Positions 1 through 9,205 of a stretch of DNA of 64,000 bases are shown in pieces. Below the pieces are notes generated by a model. It was given only the letters and a program-made list of their open reading frames with translations. It did not search any database and was not told where the DNA came from. This DNA comes from an uncultured Dehalococcoidia bacterium (lineage in GTDB: Bacteria > Chloroflexota > Dehalococcoidia > Lucifugimonadales > UBA3495), in contig CATMOE010000001.1 in assembly GCA_950072105.1 (NCBI GenBank), positions 128,001 to 192,000 of the forward strand, read 5' to 3'. The translations under genes were made by a program, and so were the position numbers. Positions within the stretch are counted from its first letter, which is position 1. Every line of letters starts with the position of its first letter.

Positions 1-247
1 AGCAAAGTTGATGGAATGCAAAGGAATCGGTCCGAAGATTGCCGATTGCATCGCCGTCTTCTCCTTGGACAAGCTGGAGGCGTTCCCCATAGACGTCTGG
101 GTGCGAAGAGCTTTAGGAGACTGGTACTTCCCCGGCGAGAAGCCACGCCCGGACCGGGTATTACTTGAGTGGGCTCAAGGCTACTTCGGTCAATACTGCG
201 GCTACGCCCAGCAATACCTCTTCCACGGCCGGCGGATGGAGAAATAG
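1..247 (+). CDS. 3' end of HhH-GPD DNA glycosylase (8-oxoguanine glycosylase-like), truncated by window edge
   Basis: HhH motif KGIGPKIADC, FPIDVWV, and C-terminal YCGYAQQYLF typical of Ogg1-like glycosylases. Confidence 0.8.
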   Translation, partial: AKLMECKGIGPKIADCIAVFSLDKLEAFPIDVWVRRALGDWYFPGEKPRPDRVLLEWAQGYFGQYCGYAQQYLFHGRRMEK

Positions 248-332
248 CTGGCTGTTCTTCCGGCGAGGTATCAAACTTTCAAGCTTTTCGGCCCGATATC
301 GGGAACGCCGGACTAGCATTCAACTTATAAGG

Positions 333-1604
333 CTACCCGTCTCCGCCCGCGCTTCCTGCGGCGGCGGTTGCCGGGGTCTTTGGCAAGGTGAAAGTGAAGC
401 TGCTGCCCTTGCCCAGACCGCTCTCCACCCAGATTCGCCCTCCGTGGGCTTCCACTATTCCCAGAACGATGCTCAATCCCAACCCGGCGCCGCCCGAGCC
501 TCTGGTGCGGGAAGGATCCACCCGGTAAGAGCGTTGGAAAATGTGGGACAACTCGCATTCTGGGATTCCCTCACCGGTATCCTTTACCTCCACCTGGACT
601 TCCTCGCCCACATCGCGGGCTTGAATCGAGATGGTTCCGTCTGGCGGAGTGTGGCGTAAGGCGTTCTGCACCAGGTTGTAAAGCACCCGCTGCACCCGTT
701 GTGGGTCAATGTCCACTGGGGAGAGTTCCTCGTCGACCTTGCCGCTCAAGGTGAGTTTTTGAGCACGGACTTGGGCCGACATGCTCTCCAGAGTGTCGGA
801 GATCAGATCTTGGACCGAGGAAGTTTCTATTCGAAGCTCCAGCAGTCCGGCATCCAACTGGGCCAACTCGAACAGGTCGTTGATGAGCTGGTTCAGGTTC
901 TCCACCTCGGTCTGGGTCGAGCGCATGTATCGTTTTACCGTCTCTTCGTCTGATACCACTCCATCATTGATGCTCTCCACCATTGCTTGGATAGACGCCA
1001 GAGGTGTTCGCAAGTCATGGGAAACCGCCTGCATCATCTCCCGGCGGTTCCGCTCCAACTCCCGCTCTTTGCTAAAGCTCTCCTCTAATCTTTGGGACAT
1101 ATCGTTAAACGCGGCGGCTAGCTCGCCCACTTCATCTGCCGTCGCCACGGGGACTTTGGCTTCCATGTTGCCGGCATTGAAGCTACGCACGGCGTCCAGC
1201 AACTCATGTATCGAATCGCTGACCGTACGAGACACGGAAAGGGCCACGAAAACCGACATGCCCAACGCAAAAGCCAGCAGACCGCCGAGCAATACCAAAT
1301 CATGGGGAGAGAGGAACATCAAAAACGCGGTAAAGCCCACGTTGAGCAACGCCAGAACCGCCGTCAAGACCGCCATCAAAACGATCTTGGCCCGTAACGA
1401 CCCTATCCAGCCGGGCAGATTCCAGCGGGTCAATCCTAGGGCCGCCGCGACGGTAAGGCCACCGGATGCAAGCAAGAACCCGGCCATCGCAACCAAATCA
1501 CTTAGGGGTGGTCTGAGCAACACTAGAGTGAGCAGCAGCAACAGTCCAGTTAGTCCCACCAACGTAGCCAAGGCCCCGGATATCGCGCGCCAACCCGGTC
1601 TCAT
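333..1604 (-). CDS. Membrane sensor histidine kinase (TM-HAMP-HisKA-HATPase)
   Basis: Four hydrophobic helices, HAMP DEVGELAAAFN, H-box SHDLRTPL, N-box NLVQNA, G boxes DTGEGI and GAGLGL. Confidence 0.95.
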   Translation of the reverse strand: MRPGWRAISGALATLVGLTGLLLLLTLVLLRPPLSDLVAMAGFLLASGGLTVAAALGLTRWNLPGWIGSLRAKIVLMAVLTAVLALLNVGFTAFLMFLSPHDLVLLGGLLAFALGMSVFVALSVSRTVSDSIHELLDAVRSFNAGNMEAKVPVATADEVGELAAAFNDMSQRLEESFSKERELERNRREMMQAVSHDLRTPLASIQAMVESINDGVVSDEETVKRYMRSTQTEVENLNQLINDLFELAQLDAGLLELRIETSSVQDLISDTLESMSAQVRAQKLTLSGKVDEELSPVDIDPQRVQRVLYNLVQNALRHTPPDGTISIQARDVGEEVQVEVKDTGEGIPECELSHIFQRSYRVDPSRTRGSGGAGLGLSIVLGIVEAHGGRIWVESGLGKGSSFTFTLPKTPATAAAGSAGGDG

Positions 1605-2295
1605 GCCGGCGCCCCTTCAAACTTGTAGCCACTCCCCACACCGTTTTGATAAACTTTGGCCGTTCAGAATTAACTTCTACCTTTTCCCGGAGACGGCGGA
1701 TGTGTACCGTGACGGTACTTGAGTCGGCGGCAAAGGTGAAGTCCCATACCTGGTCCATCAACTGACTTCGGCTAAAAACCTGACCGTGGTTGGCGGCCAA
1801 GAATCGCAGCAGATCGAACTCCTTGGCCATCAGGTTCACTTCTTCTCCGCCAACGGTTACTTTCCGCCCTTGAGGATCAATGACCATCCCCCCTAAGCGA
1901 ATAGCGTCTCCGGAGACCTGAACGGGCGCGGCATCGACTCGCCGAAGCACTGCTTTGACTCTGGCCACCAACTCCCTTGGACTAAAGGGTTTTACCAAGT
2001 AGTCGTCGGCGCCCATCTCCAAGCCCACCACCCGGTCGGTCTCCTCACCTCTAGCGGTAAGCATGATGATGGGCACCTGGGATTCCCGGCGGAGTTGCCG
2101 GCACACTTCCAGACCGTCTATCGACGGGAGCATCAAGTCGAGCACGATCAGATTGGGGGCCCATTCCCGGGCCAGCCGCAAACCATCCGCTCCGTCGGCT
2201 GTTGATGCCACCTCATATCCTTCGCGGACGAGGTACCGCTCGACTACTTCGGTAACGGTCGGCTCATCATCAACTACGAGTATTCGATTGGCCAT
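1601..2295 (-). CDS. OmpR-family response regulator, with a probable 1-nt deletion near 1629
   Basis: Start MANRILVVDD at 2295; LDLMLP, MLTA, KPFS and wHTH VHIRRLREK. Restoring one G gives canonical TVWGVGYKFE and a TGA at 1601-1603 overlapping the kinase ATG. Confidence 0.9.
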
Positions 2296-2603
2296 GGCTC
2301 CACAAACTCGCCCTTGAATCAGTCTTTTTAGGTGCGTTTCAGTATACACCGCAGCCCCCAGGCCGAATTTCCATCGAGTCTTGCTTAGAGACGTTACCAC
2401 CTAAACCTTGCCAGGGAATGAAGAATATTACGGAATTATTAACTAGGCGCGAACCAGGCTCAGAAACCTCGAACTGTAACCGCCAATCACTCCGTCCGAA
2501 AGAATTTCCTCACACCGGAAAATGTTAAGAATCTCGTAACATTCGCAATGGTCCGGCAACATCTCCACCGGATACTTGAGCCATACAACCAGGAGGTGAT
2601 GCC

Positions 2604-3761
2604 TTGCTAACCCAAAAAGCCAGACGGATTCTACTCCCCGCAATCTCCGCGTTATTCCTCGCTCTCGTCCTAGCCTGTAGCGCAGAGACCGCTCCTGTAT
2701 CTCCCCAGCGTCAGCCCGTCAAAATTGTGACCGAAGCCACCACACCACAGGAGGTCACTTCGCCAGACACTATGGCAAAGACCGGCGAGTCTATGTCCGG
2801 CGAAACCATGGCCAAGACCGGCGAGTCCATGACCGATGAAACCATGGCCAAGACCGGTGAATCCATGTCCGGTGAAACCATAGAAATGGTTGGCTTCTCA
2901 GGGTACGAGACCTTGGTTCTGAACTTGTTCGATATTCAGCCCTTGCAGAACGGCTTCCACTATGAGGGCTGGGCAATCGTGGACGGAAAGCCCATTTCCA
3001 CCGGGAAGTTCAACGTCGGACCAGGCGGAGAGCTGGTCTCCCTTAACGGGTCGCCGATACCCCAAGGATCATTCGCAACCGGCGTGGACCTGAAAGATGC
3101 TACTGCGGTGATCATCACCATCGAACCCGCCGGAGACAATGACACCATCCCGGCCAGCACCCACTATTTGTCGGGGAGCGTCTCCGAGGCGCAAGTCAGC
3201 TTGAGCATCGGCCACGGCGCCGCTCTGGGCGATGATTTTTCCGGAGCCGCCGGGACTTACATCTTGGCCACGCCCACCGACGGGGACGGCAACAACGAAA
3301 ACAGCGGCATTTGGTTCTTGGACCTGTCAAGCGGAACACCAGCGGTGGGGCTAGACCTGCCAACGCTGCCCGACGGATGGGTCTATGAAGGATGGGTGGT
3401 CATCGACGGAACCCCGGTCAGCACCGGCAGGTTCACTCAGATCGGCCAAGGCGATCTGGCGGCGCCTTACAGCGGACCGGAAAGCGGCCCCTCTTTCCCC
3501 GGTGAGGACTTCCTCTTCAACGCGCCGGAGGGGCTAACGTTCCCGGTGGACCTGGCGGGAAAAGTAGCGGTGATCTCGGTTGAGCCGTCTCCCGACGACT
3601 CACCGGCGCCATTTGCCTTGAAGCCTTTGGTGAGCGTCATCCCCGCAAACGCGACTGACCACTTCAATTATTCCATCGGTACTCCAGAAGCGGCCTTTCC
3701 CAGAGGAAGCGCGAGCATCGACAGTGGCGACATGTCCAAGATAGTTCAAGCCAGCGGTTAG
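2604..3761 (+). CDS. Lipoprotein with Met-rich repeats and two internally repeated domains (YEGW...STG[K/R]F, anti-sigma RskA C-terminal-like)
   Basis: SD AGGAGGTGA at 2591-2599, lipobox LVLAC, duplicated YEGWxxxDGxPxSTGxF and I[T/S][I/V]EP motifs. Confidence 0.7.
   Translation: MLTQKARRILLPAISALFLALVLACSAETAPVSPQRQPVKIVTEATTPQEVTSPDTMAKTGESMSGETMAKTGESMTDETMAKTGESMSGETIEMVGFSGYETLVLNLFDIQPLQNGFHYEGWAIVDGKPISTGKFNVGPGGELVSLNGSPIPQGSFATGVDLKDATAVIITIEPAGDNDTIPASTHYLSGSVSEAQVSLSIGHGAALGDDFSGAAGTYILATPTDGDGNNENSGIWFLDLSSGTPAVGLDLPTLPDGWVYEGWVVIDGTPVSTGRFTQIGQGDLAAPYSGPESGPSFPGEDFLFNAPEGLTFPVDLAGKVAVISVEPSPDDSPAPFALKPLVSVIPANATDHFNYSIGTPEAAFPRGSASIDSGDMSKIVQASG
2772..2879 (+). repeat. Three in-frame 36-bp tandem repeats encoding MAKTGESM(S/T)(G/D)ET
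   Basis: Read directly from DNA and translation. Confidence 0.95.
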
Positions 3762-3814
3762 TCGAAGATCCGCTTAGACCTGCAGCCTATTCGAAGTAAG
3801 TTCGTCATGCTAGC

Positions 3815-3850
3815 GAAAGGGTCCGCGGAAATCCGCGGACCCTTTTCTTT
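3815..3850. terminator. Intrinsic terminator between convergent genes, probably bidirectional
   Basis: AAAGGGTCCGCGGA-AA-TCCGCGGACCCTTTTCTTT. Confidence 0.85.
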
Positions 3851-3907
3851 GCTGGATTCAGAATTTCGACCCGAAATAATTTCACTGACTGCTCCGGCCG
3901 TCAGCCT

Positions 3908-4951
3908 CTACCAGTACGGTTTCAGCACTAACTTCCCGAAGAAGTTCTGCCCTTCCATCGCCTGGTGGGCCGCGGCGGCTTCGGCCAGGGGATATACCTG
4001 GTGGACTACCGGGTGGATGACTCCCCGATTGAGCGTTGACGTGATCTCGTGCATGTCCTGCTTGGTGCCCATGAAGATACCGAATATCTCGATCTGCCGG
4101 CTGAACAAAAGCCCCAGATGAAGCTCGGTGCGCAGGCCCGTGGTAGCGCCGCAGATGCCGTAACGGCCGCCCGCCCTCAGGGAACCGAATGCCTTGGGGA
4201 AGAAATCGGCGCCAACGTGGTCAACCACCGCGTCGACTCCCCTGCCGCCGGTTAGTTCTCTGGCCCGTTCGGTGATGTCCTCTTCGTTGTAGTTAATGAC
4301 CTCATCGGCCCCCAATTCCCTGGCCTTGGCCGCTTTTTCCGGGGTGCTGGTGGTGGCGATCACCCGGGCGCCGATGGCCTTGGAAGCCACCTGAATCGCG
4401 GCGGTTCCCACACCGCCGGAGGCGGACAACACCAGCACCGTTTCCCAAGGCTTAAGTTGGATCTTCCGTAGGAGCATGTTCCAAACCGGCAAGTAGGTTG
4501 TTGGCACCGCCGCGGCCATCTCATAGGTAACGTCGTCGCCGATGGCGTGAACGTTGGCCGCTGGAACCGCAACGATCTCAGCGTAGCTGCCATCGATGGC
4601 GCTACCCATGAACTGGGGCCTGGGGCAAAGATCGTCATGTCCCGCCAGACAGGCCTGGCACTGCCCGCAAGTAATCTTGGGGTTGACCAACACCCGGTCT
4701 CCCACGCTAAAGCCGCGCACTTCTGAGCCAACCTCAGTTATCTGTCCGGCGCAGTCGCCGCCTAAGATCAAAGGCGGGGGGAACTCCCGTTGCAGGCCGC
4801 GGTCGCCGTTCCGAGTATAGAGGTCCAGCCGGTTCAGGCTTGATGCCCCTACTTGTATCTTTACCTGCTGGGGCAGTGTAGCCGGCTCGGGCCGTTCGCC
4901 GTGGGTCAGGACTTCAGGCCCGCCGTGGGCCTCTATATATACAGCTTGCAT
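3908..4951 (-). CDS. Zinc-binding medium-chain dehydrogenase / quinone oxidoreductase family
   Basis: Structural Zn motif CGQCQACxxxxxxxC, ASGGVG Rossmann motif, GKLVL C-terminus. Confidence 0.9.
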   Translation of the reverse strand: MQAVYIEAHGGPEVLTHGERPEPATLPQQVKIQVGASSLNRLDLYTRNGDRGLQREFPPPLILGGDCAGQITEVGSEVRGFSVGDRVLVNPKITCGQCQACLAGHDDLCPRPQFMGSAIDGSYAEIVAVPAANVHAIGDDVTYEMAAAVPTTYLPVWNMLLRKIQLKPWETVLVLSASGGVGTAAIQVASKAIGARVIATTSTPEKAAKARELGADEVINYNEEDITERARELTGGRGVDAVVDHVGADFFPKAFGSLRAGGRYGICGATTGLRTELHLGLLFSRQIEIFGIFMGTKQDMHEITSTLNRGVIHPVVHQVYPLAEAAAAHQAMEGQNFFGKLVLKPYW

Positions 4952-4991
4952 ATAAACGCGTCTCCGAATGTACTAGATGTCCATGCCATAG

Positions 4992-5057
4992 GTGGTTCGA
5001 CGAGTTCACCACGAAGGGAGGCAGTCTTCTTCCCGTTCGTCTTGAGCTTGTCAGAGG
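4992..5057. repeat. REP-like imperfect inverted repeat pair (TTCGACxAGxTCA family)
   Basis: TTCGACGAGTTCACCACGAA faces TTCGTCTTGAGCTTGTC in an intergenic gap. Confidence 0.45.
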
Positions 5058-5096
5058 ACCCTCACTCAGGATATTGAAATGACTTCTGGCAAGATC

Positions 5097-5315
5097 TCAA
5101 GGTCTTCGCCCAAAGTAGCAGTCATCACACAGGAACACAATAGCTAAGGCCTCTTCGTGGCTGCCCAGGCGGCCGCACCGGGGCACATCGGTGTCTCTGC
5201 TCCAGGGCTGGTGAAACTTCCCGCCGCACATCTGGCAGGTAGTTTGGTGCACCCCGTCCAGGTCATCGCCGCAGATGACACAAGACTCTGGCTCCAATTC
5301 TTCATTCGTTGCCAA
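5097..5315 (-). CDS. Small Cys/His-rich zinc-finger-like protein
   Basis: CVIC, CQMC, H, C, CDDC in 72 aa; overlaps the upstream gene stop. Confidence 0.7.
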   Translation of the reverse strand: MATNEELEPESCVICGDDLDGVHQTTCQMCGGKFHQPWSRDTDVPRCGRLGSHEEALAIVFLCDDCYFGRRP

Positions 5316-6621
5316 ACCGCTCTCCTTGAGCCAGAAATTCCTGGGCCATTCGCCTTTCGTCTTCGACAGTGCTGATTTTCCCGTCTAACTTGGCGTTTCT
5401 CAGTTCTTTGAGTATTTTCCCTATCACAGGACCTTCCGGAACACCCAACGCCAGCAAGTCCCGTCCGTTCAGCTCCGGCGACAAGTACCGAAACTCTCTG
5501 AGATAACGTCCCAGCCGCTCTGCCGCCAGCGGTTCATCGGTCACCCCAGCCACCGTCAACACGGCGGCGTCAGTGTATGATTCGACCATTTCAACCACCT
5601 GGGACGCCGAGATCGACTGGACGGCCAATCGCGGTTCTAGTTGCCTTAATTCAACGGTATCCCGGACCAACCGAGCCCAATCTGAGGGCATGTTAAATCG
5701 GCTTATCACCCCTTCTGCATCGCCGGGCGTCAAAGGGTAACTCAGAGCTGACAGGTAAGAAAGCGAGGATCTGCTGCCGGGACTTTCACCGGCGCCGGGT
5801 TTATTGATCGAGTCCCGGATCGATTCTTGCACGATGGCCGCCGATCGTTCCACGGCTTTCGCCTGGGTAAGAGCAGGGTGTATTCCGGCTAAGATACCCA
5901 AACAAACAGACCGGGTAACGGCCAGTTCCGGGCGGTCTTCTTCAAATATTCTCTCCAGCTCATGGCGCAACCGGTCTCCGCTGACGGTGGACAGGCATCC
6001 ATTGACGACGGCTTCTTGGAGTCGGACCAGGGTACCGGCTTCGATGCGAAAACCCAAACGTTGCTCGTATCTCACCGCTCGCAGCAGACGCGTTGGGTCA
6101 TCGATAAAGCTTGCGTCACGCAACACGCGGACCACCCCAAGCCGCATGTCTTCGATGCCGCCATGGGGGTCCAAAATTTCTGGGCTTTCCTGGCCCAACG
6201 GAAGGGCCAGGGCGTTGATGGTGAAGTCCCGCCGGGCTAGGTCGTCGTCGATGCTGGATGGCGTCACGTCAGGAAGGGCGCCGGGGCTGCGGTAGGTTTC
6301 CCGCCGGGCCGTCACTAGATCGGTGGTTGCGTCTTCAATAACCACGGATGCGGTCCCAAAGCTGGGATGGACCACTAAACGGCCATCCATCTCCTCCGCC
6401 AGTCTGGCGGCCAACGACGGCGCGTCTCCTTCCAGAACGAAGTCCAGGTCTTTGATGGGCATTCCCATCAATATATCCCTGACCGGGCCTCCCACCAAAT
6501 ACAACGGAAGGGTTTGTTCAAGGGCTATTTCCCTTAGTTTCAGGAGGACCGAAAGGCTAGCGCCGGTTAAGCTGCGCAGTACAGCGTCAAAGGGGGCATG
6601 GATGTGAAGGGGATTCGGCGT
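5302..6621 (-). CDS. cca: Class II tRNA nucleotidyltransferase / poly(A) polymerase family; start uncertain
   Basis: VGGPVRD, DLD, DLARRDFTINA and FIDDPTRLLRAVR motifs; SD AGGAGG at 6633-6628. Confidence 0.85.
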   Translation of the reverse strand, partial: TPNPLHIHAPFDAVLRSLTGASLSVLLKLREIALEQTLPLYLVGGPVRDILMGMPIKDLDFVLEGDAPSLAARLAEEMDGRLVVHPSFGTASVVIEDATTDLVTARRETYRSPGALPDVTPSSIDDDLARRDFTINALALPLGQESPEILDPHGGIEDMRLGVVRVLRDASFIDDPTRLLRAVRYEQRLGFRIEAGTLVRLQEAVVNGCLSTVSGDRLRHELERIFEEDRPELAVTRSVCLGILAGIHPALTQAKAVERSAAIVQESIRDSINKPGAGESPGSRSSLSYLSALSYPLTPGDAEGVISRFNMPSDWARLVRDTVELRQLEPRLAVQSISASQVVEMVESYTDAAVLTVAGVTDEPLAAERLGRYLREFRYLSPELNGRDLLALGVPEGPVIGKILKELRNAKLDGKISTVEDERRMAQEFLAQGERFGNE

Positions 6622-6694
6622 GGAAAGCCTCCTACTCGCCGTATTATAGCATGGTGGCCGGCAGATCCTTGTCTCGGAACCTGCCTCTAATGCT

Positions 6695-6723
6695 TTGACA
6701 ACGGTACCAGGGATGGATACAAT
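6695..6723 (+). promoter_or_regulatory. Sigma70-type promoter of the DsbA-like/rnc unit
   Basis: TTGACA-17 nt-TACAAT. Confidence 0.8.
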
Positions 6724-6753
6724 CCAATCACGAAAACACCAGGAGGTACTATC

Positions 6754-7386
6754 GTGGCAGAGGCAAACTTCACGACTTATTACGATTTTCGTTGACCCTT
6801 CGTGTACAATGCCGCCATGTGGCTGGCAAAAGTTAGGGAAGCTAAGGACGAAGAAATCGAAGTCGATTGGCAACCCTTCTCTCTGTCCCAAGTGAACAGC
6901 GACAAAGAATCGGATATCAAGCTTTGGGAGCAGCCGGAGCATCTAGACGGCTCTGACCATACCTTCTTGGCTCACCGGTCCGGTCTTGCGGCCAAGCGAC
7001 AGGGTAAAGAGGCTTTTGAGTCCTTCTTTATCACTCTGCTCAAGGCACGGCACGAAGACAAAAAGGACCTGAACGACCCAGTGGTTATGGAAGAAGCCGC
7101 AATCACTGCCGGTTTGGATATGGCCCGCTTCCGCGAGGACCAGTCCGACCCTGACCTGCTCCGGGAAATCGGCGAAAGCCACACCAAGGCCATTGAAGAG
7201 GTCGGGGCCTTCGGAGTGCCTACATTCGTTTTTGGGGAAGGCAAGGCTGCTTTCCTTAAGATGTTCATTCCCCCGGACGAACAATGCGCCGAGATTTACG
7301 ATACGCTGATCAAGACCATGAGCGAATTCGCTCACGTGGGCGAACTCAAGCGCCCGCAGCCGCCCTGGCCTCATGGAGTCATCTAG
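6754..7386 (+). CDS. DsbA/thioredoxin-fold protein, predicted selenoprotein (Sec codon TGA 6793-6795)
   Basis: SD AGGAGG then GTG 6754 reads MAEANFTTYYDFR-TGA-PFVY in frame with ORF 6802; TGA sits at the catalytic Cys of DFxCPF; GAFGVPTF cis-Pro loop; hairpin downstream. Confidence 0.85.
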
Positions 7387-8098
7387 GGAAAAGTCACCAA
7401 CTGCCCAGCTCCTGGAATCGGCTTTAGGATTGAAGTTTCGAGACCGGGAGCTGTTGCGGCAGGCTTTGGTCCACAGGTCCCTACTGAATGAACAGGGGGG
7501 GCAACCTGAGGATTCCTACGAACGACTGGAATATCTAGGAGACGCCGTGCTAGAGCTTACCGTTTCGACGGAGCTCTTCCGGCGTTTCCCCGTTCTTAAC
7601 GAAGGGGCCCTGACCAAACTCAGATCCGCGCTGGTGCGCGGCGAGAGCTTGGCCAAAGTAGCGCGACGATTGAGCCTAGGGGACTTCCTCTTGCTAGGCA
7701 AAGGTGAGGAAAACTCGGGAGGCCGCCAGCGAGATTCCATCCTTGCCGCGGCGTTCGAGGCGGTGGTGGCGGCGGTGTATCTGGACCAAGGTTTCGACGA
7801 GGCAAGCCGTTTCGTGGCCCAGTCTCTGGACCCAGAGTTGCAACAGATCTCCCAGCAGGGCGCTCCTCCGGATAACCCCAAGTCCGACCTCCAAGAGCGC
7901 GTTCAAGCCATCGGTCTTTCAACACCTAAATACCGCCTGGCTTCCTGCGAAGGACCCGATCATAATCCCTTGTTCACTGTGGAAGTTCTAGTCGAAGGCG
8001 AGGTCGCCGGCGCCGGACAGGGAGGCAAGCGCTCCGACGCCGAGCAGTCCGCCGCCCGGGACGCTCTGTGCAGGACGTTCCCGACGCCAAGCTCCTGA
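7373..8098 (+). CDS. rnc: Ribonuclease III
   Basis: ERLEYLGDAVL signature and C-terminal dsRBD (NPKSDLQE, GPDHNPLF). Confidence 0.97.
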   Translation: MESSREKSPTAQLLESALGLKFRDRELLRQALVHRSLLNEQGGQPEDSYERLEYLGDAVLELTVSTELFRRFPVLNEGALTKLRSALVRGESLAKVARRLSLGDFLLLGKGEENSGGRQRDSILAAAFEAVVAAVYLDQGFDEASRFVAQSLDPELQQISQQGAPPDNPKSDLQERVQAIGLSTPKYRLASCEGPDHNPLFTVEVLVEGEVAGAGQGGKRSDAEQSAARDALCRTFPTPSS

Positions 8099-8179
8099 AA
8101 ATTAAGAACCTGCTCGAAACCCATCGCCGGGAATCAAATATCCAAGTAAATTTTGGTCAAACGAAGGTCCAGCCGCTCA

Positions 8180-9136
8180 ATGCTCAGAATCTTTAAGCGC
8201 AATCGCGATGAAAACAAGAAGCAGACCGCGGATGTGGTTCAGGCCAGCCGGGAACGCTGGTTTGGCCGGATCCTCGGCGTGCTCCGCTCCTCCCGTCTGG
8301 ACGACGCGGTCTGGGAGGAACTGGAGGAGATCCTCATCTCTTCCGACGTTGGCGTGGACGGCTCCCTTAGGATAATCGACGAACTCAAAACCAGGGTGAA
8401 AGAGGAAAAACTTGAAGACCCGGACCAGGTTTTCCAGATCCTGAAAGAATCGCTGGTAAGAGATTTGGAAGAAGGCCTAACCGGCGACCCATGGATGGAT
8501 TCGACGGAAGAGGCATCTCCTTATGTAATTCTGATGGTGGGGGTCAATGGGGTCGGTAAAACCACCAGCATCGCTAAGCTGGCCCACCATTTCAAGCAGG
8601 CCGGCAAGAAGGTCGTCCTCGGCGCGGCCGACACCTTCCGCGCAGCGGCGAAAGAACAATTGGAAATCCTTGCCGAGCGGGTGGGCGTAGATGTAATCAG
8701 CCACGGTTCAGGGGCTGATCCGGGCGCCGTGGCATACGACGCCTACCAGGCCAGCAAGGCCCGCGGCGCCGACGTGCTAATCATCGACACTGCCGGACGG
8801 TTGCACACCAAGTCCAACTTGATGGAAGAACTCCGGAAGATCAACCGGGTACTGCAACGGCTGGAGCCCACGGCGCCTCACCAAGTGATCCTGACCATGG
8901 ACGCTACGACTGGGCACAATGGTCTATCCCAGGCCAAGTCTTTCAAAGAATCGGTAAACTGTACCGGCATCTTCCTGGCCAAGCTGGACGGGACTGCCCG
9001 AGGCGGAATAGTCCTTGCCATCAAGCAGGAGCTGCAGGTACCGATTCTCTTCATCGGCACGGGGGAGGGCCTGGACGATCTGGCGCCCTTCGACACCAGG
9101 GACTTCGTTGACGCATTGTTGGCCCCGGTCAACTGA
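8180..9136 (+). CDS. ftsY: SRP receptor GTPase FtsY
   Basis: [33 protein letters not shown]. Confidence 0.97.
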   Translation: MLRIFKRNRDENKKQTADVVQASRERWFGRILGVLRSSRLDDAVWEELEEILISSDVGVDGSLRIIDELKTRVKEEKLEDPDQVFQILKESLVRDLEEGLTGDPWMDSTEEASPYVILMVGVNGVGKTTSIAKLAHHFKQAGKKVVLGAADTFRAAAKEQLEILAERVGVDVISHGSGADPGAVAYDAYQASKARGADVLIIDTAGRLHTKSNLMEELRKINRVLQRLEPTAPHQVILTMDATTGHNGLSQAKSFKESVNCTGIFLAKLDGTARGGIVLAIKQELQVPILFIGTGEGLDDLAPFDTRDFVDALLAPVN

Positions 9137-9205
9137 GCCGGGTGCTCAGCTATCAGCTACCAGCGGTCACCCAGTGGCCGTTGGGTAGCCTCTCGTTAAC
9201 GCAGC

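Noticed and set aside
781..1722. Long antisense ORF (313 aa) and similar shadow ORFs such as 12119-13033, 36125-36928 and 60934-62109
   Set aside because: They overlap well-supported genes, have no recognisable motifs, and are expected in GC-rich DNA.
2772..2879. 36-bp periodic repeat as a possible CRISPR array
   Set aside because: It is a contiguous in-frame coding repeat with no unique spacers and no cas genes.
6622..6942. N-terminal 107 aa of the 546-aa cca ORF
   Set aside because: It overlaps the divergent promoter and the DsbA-like gene; the SD and -10 point to a start near 6621.
9146..9164. Short heptamer runs (GCTATCA-like), also near 31972 and 49884
   Set aside because: Only 2-4 degenerate units each; possibly another intergenic repeat family but too short to support.
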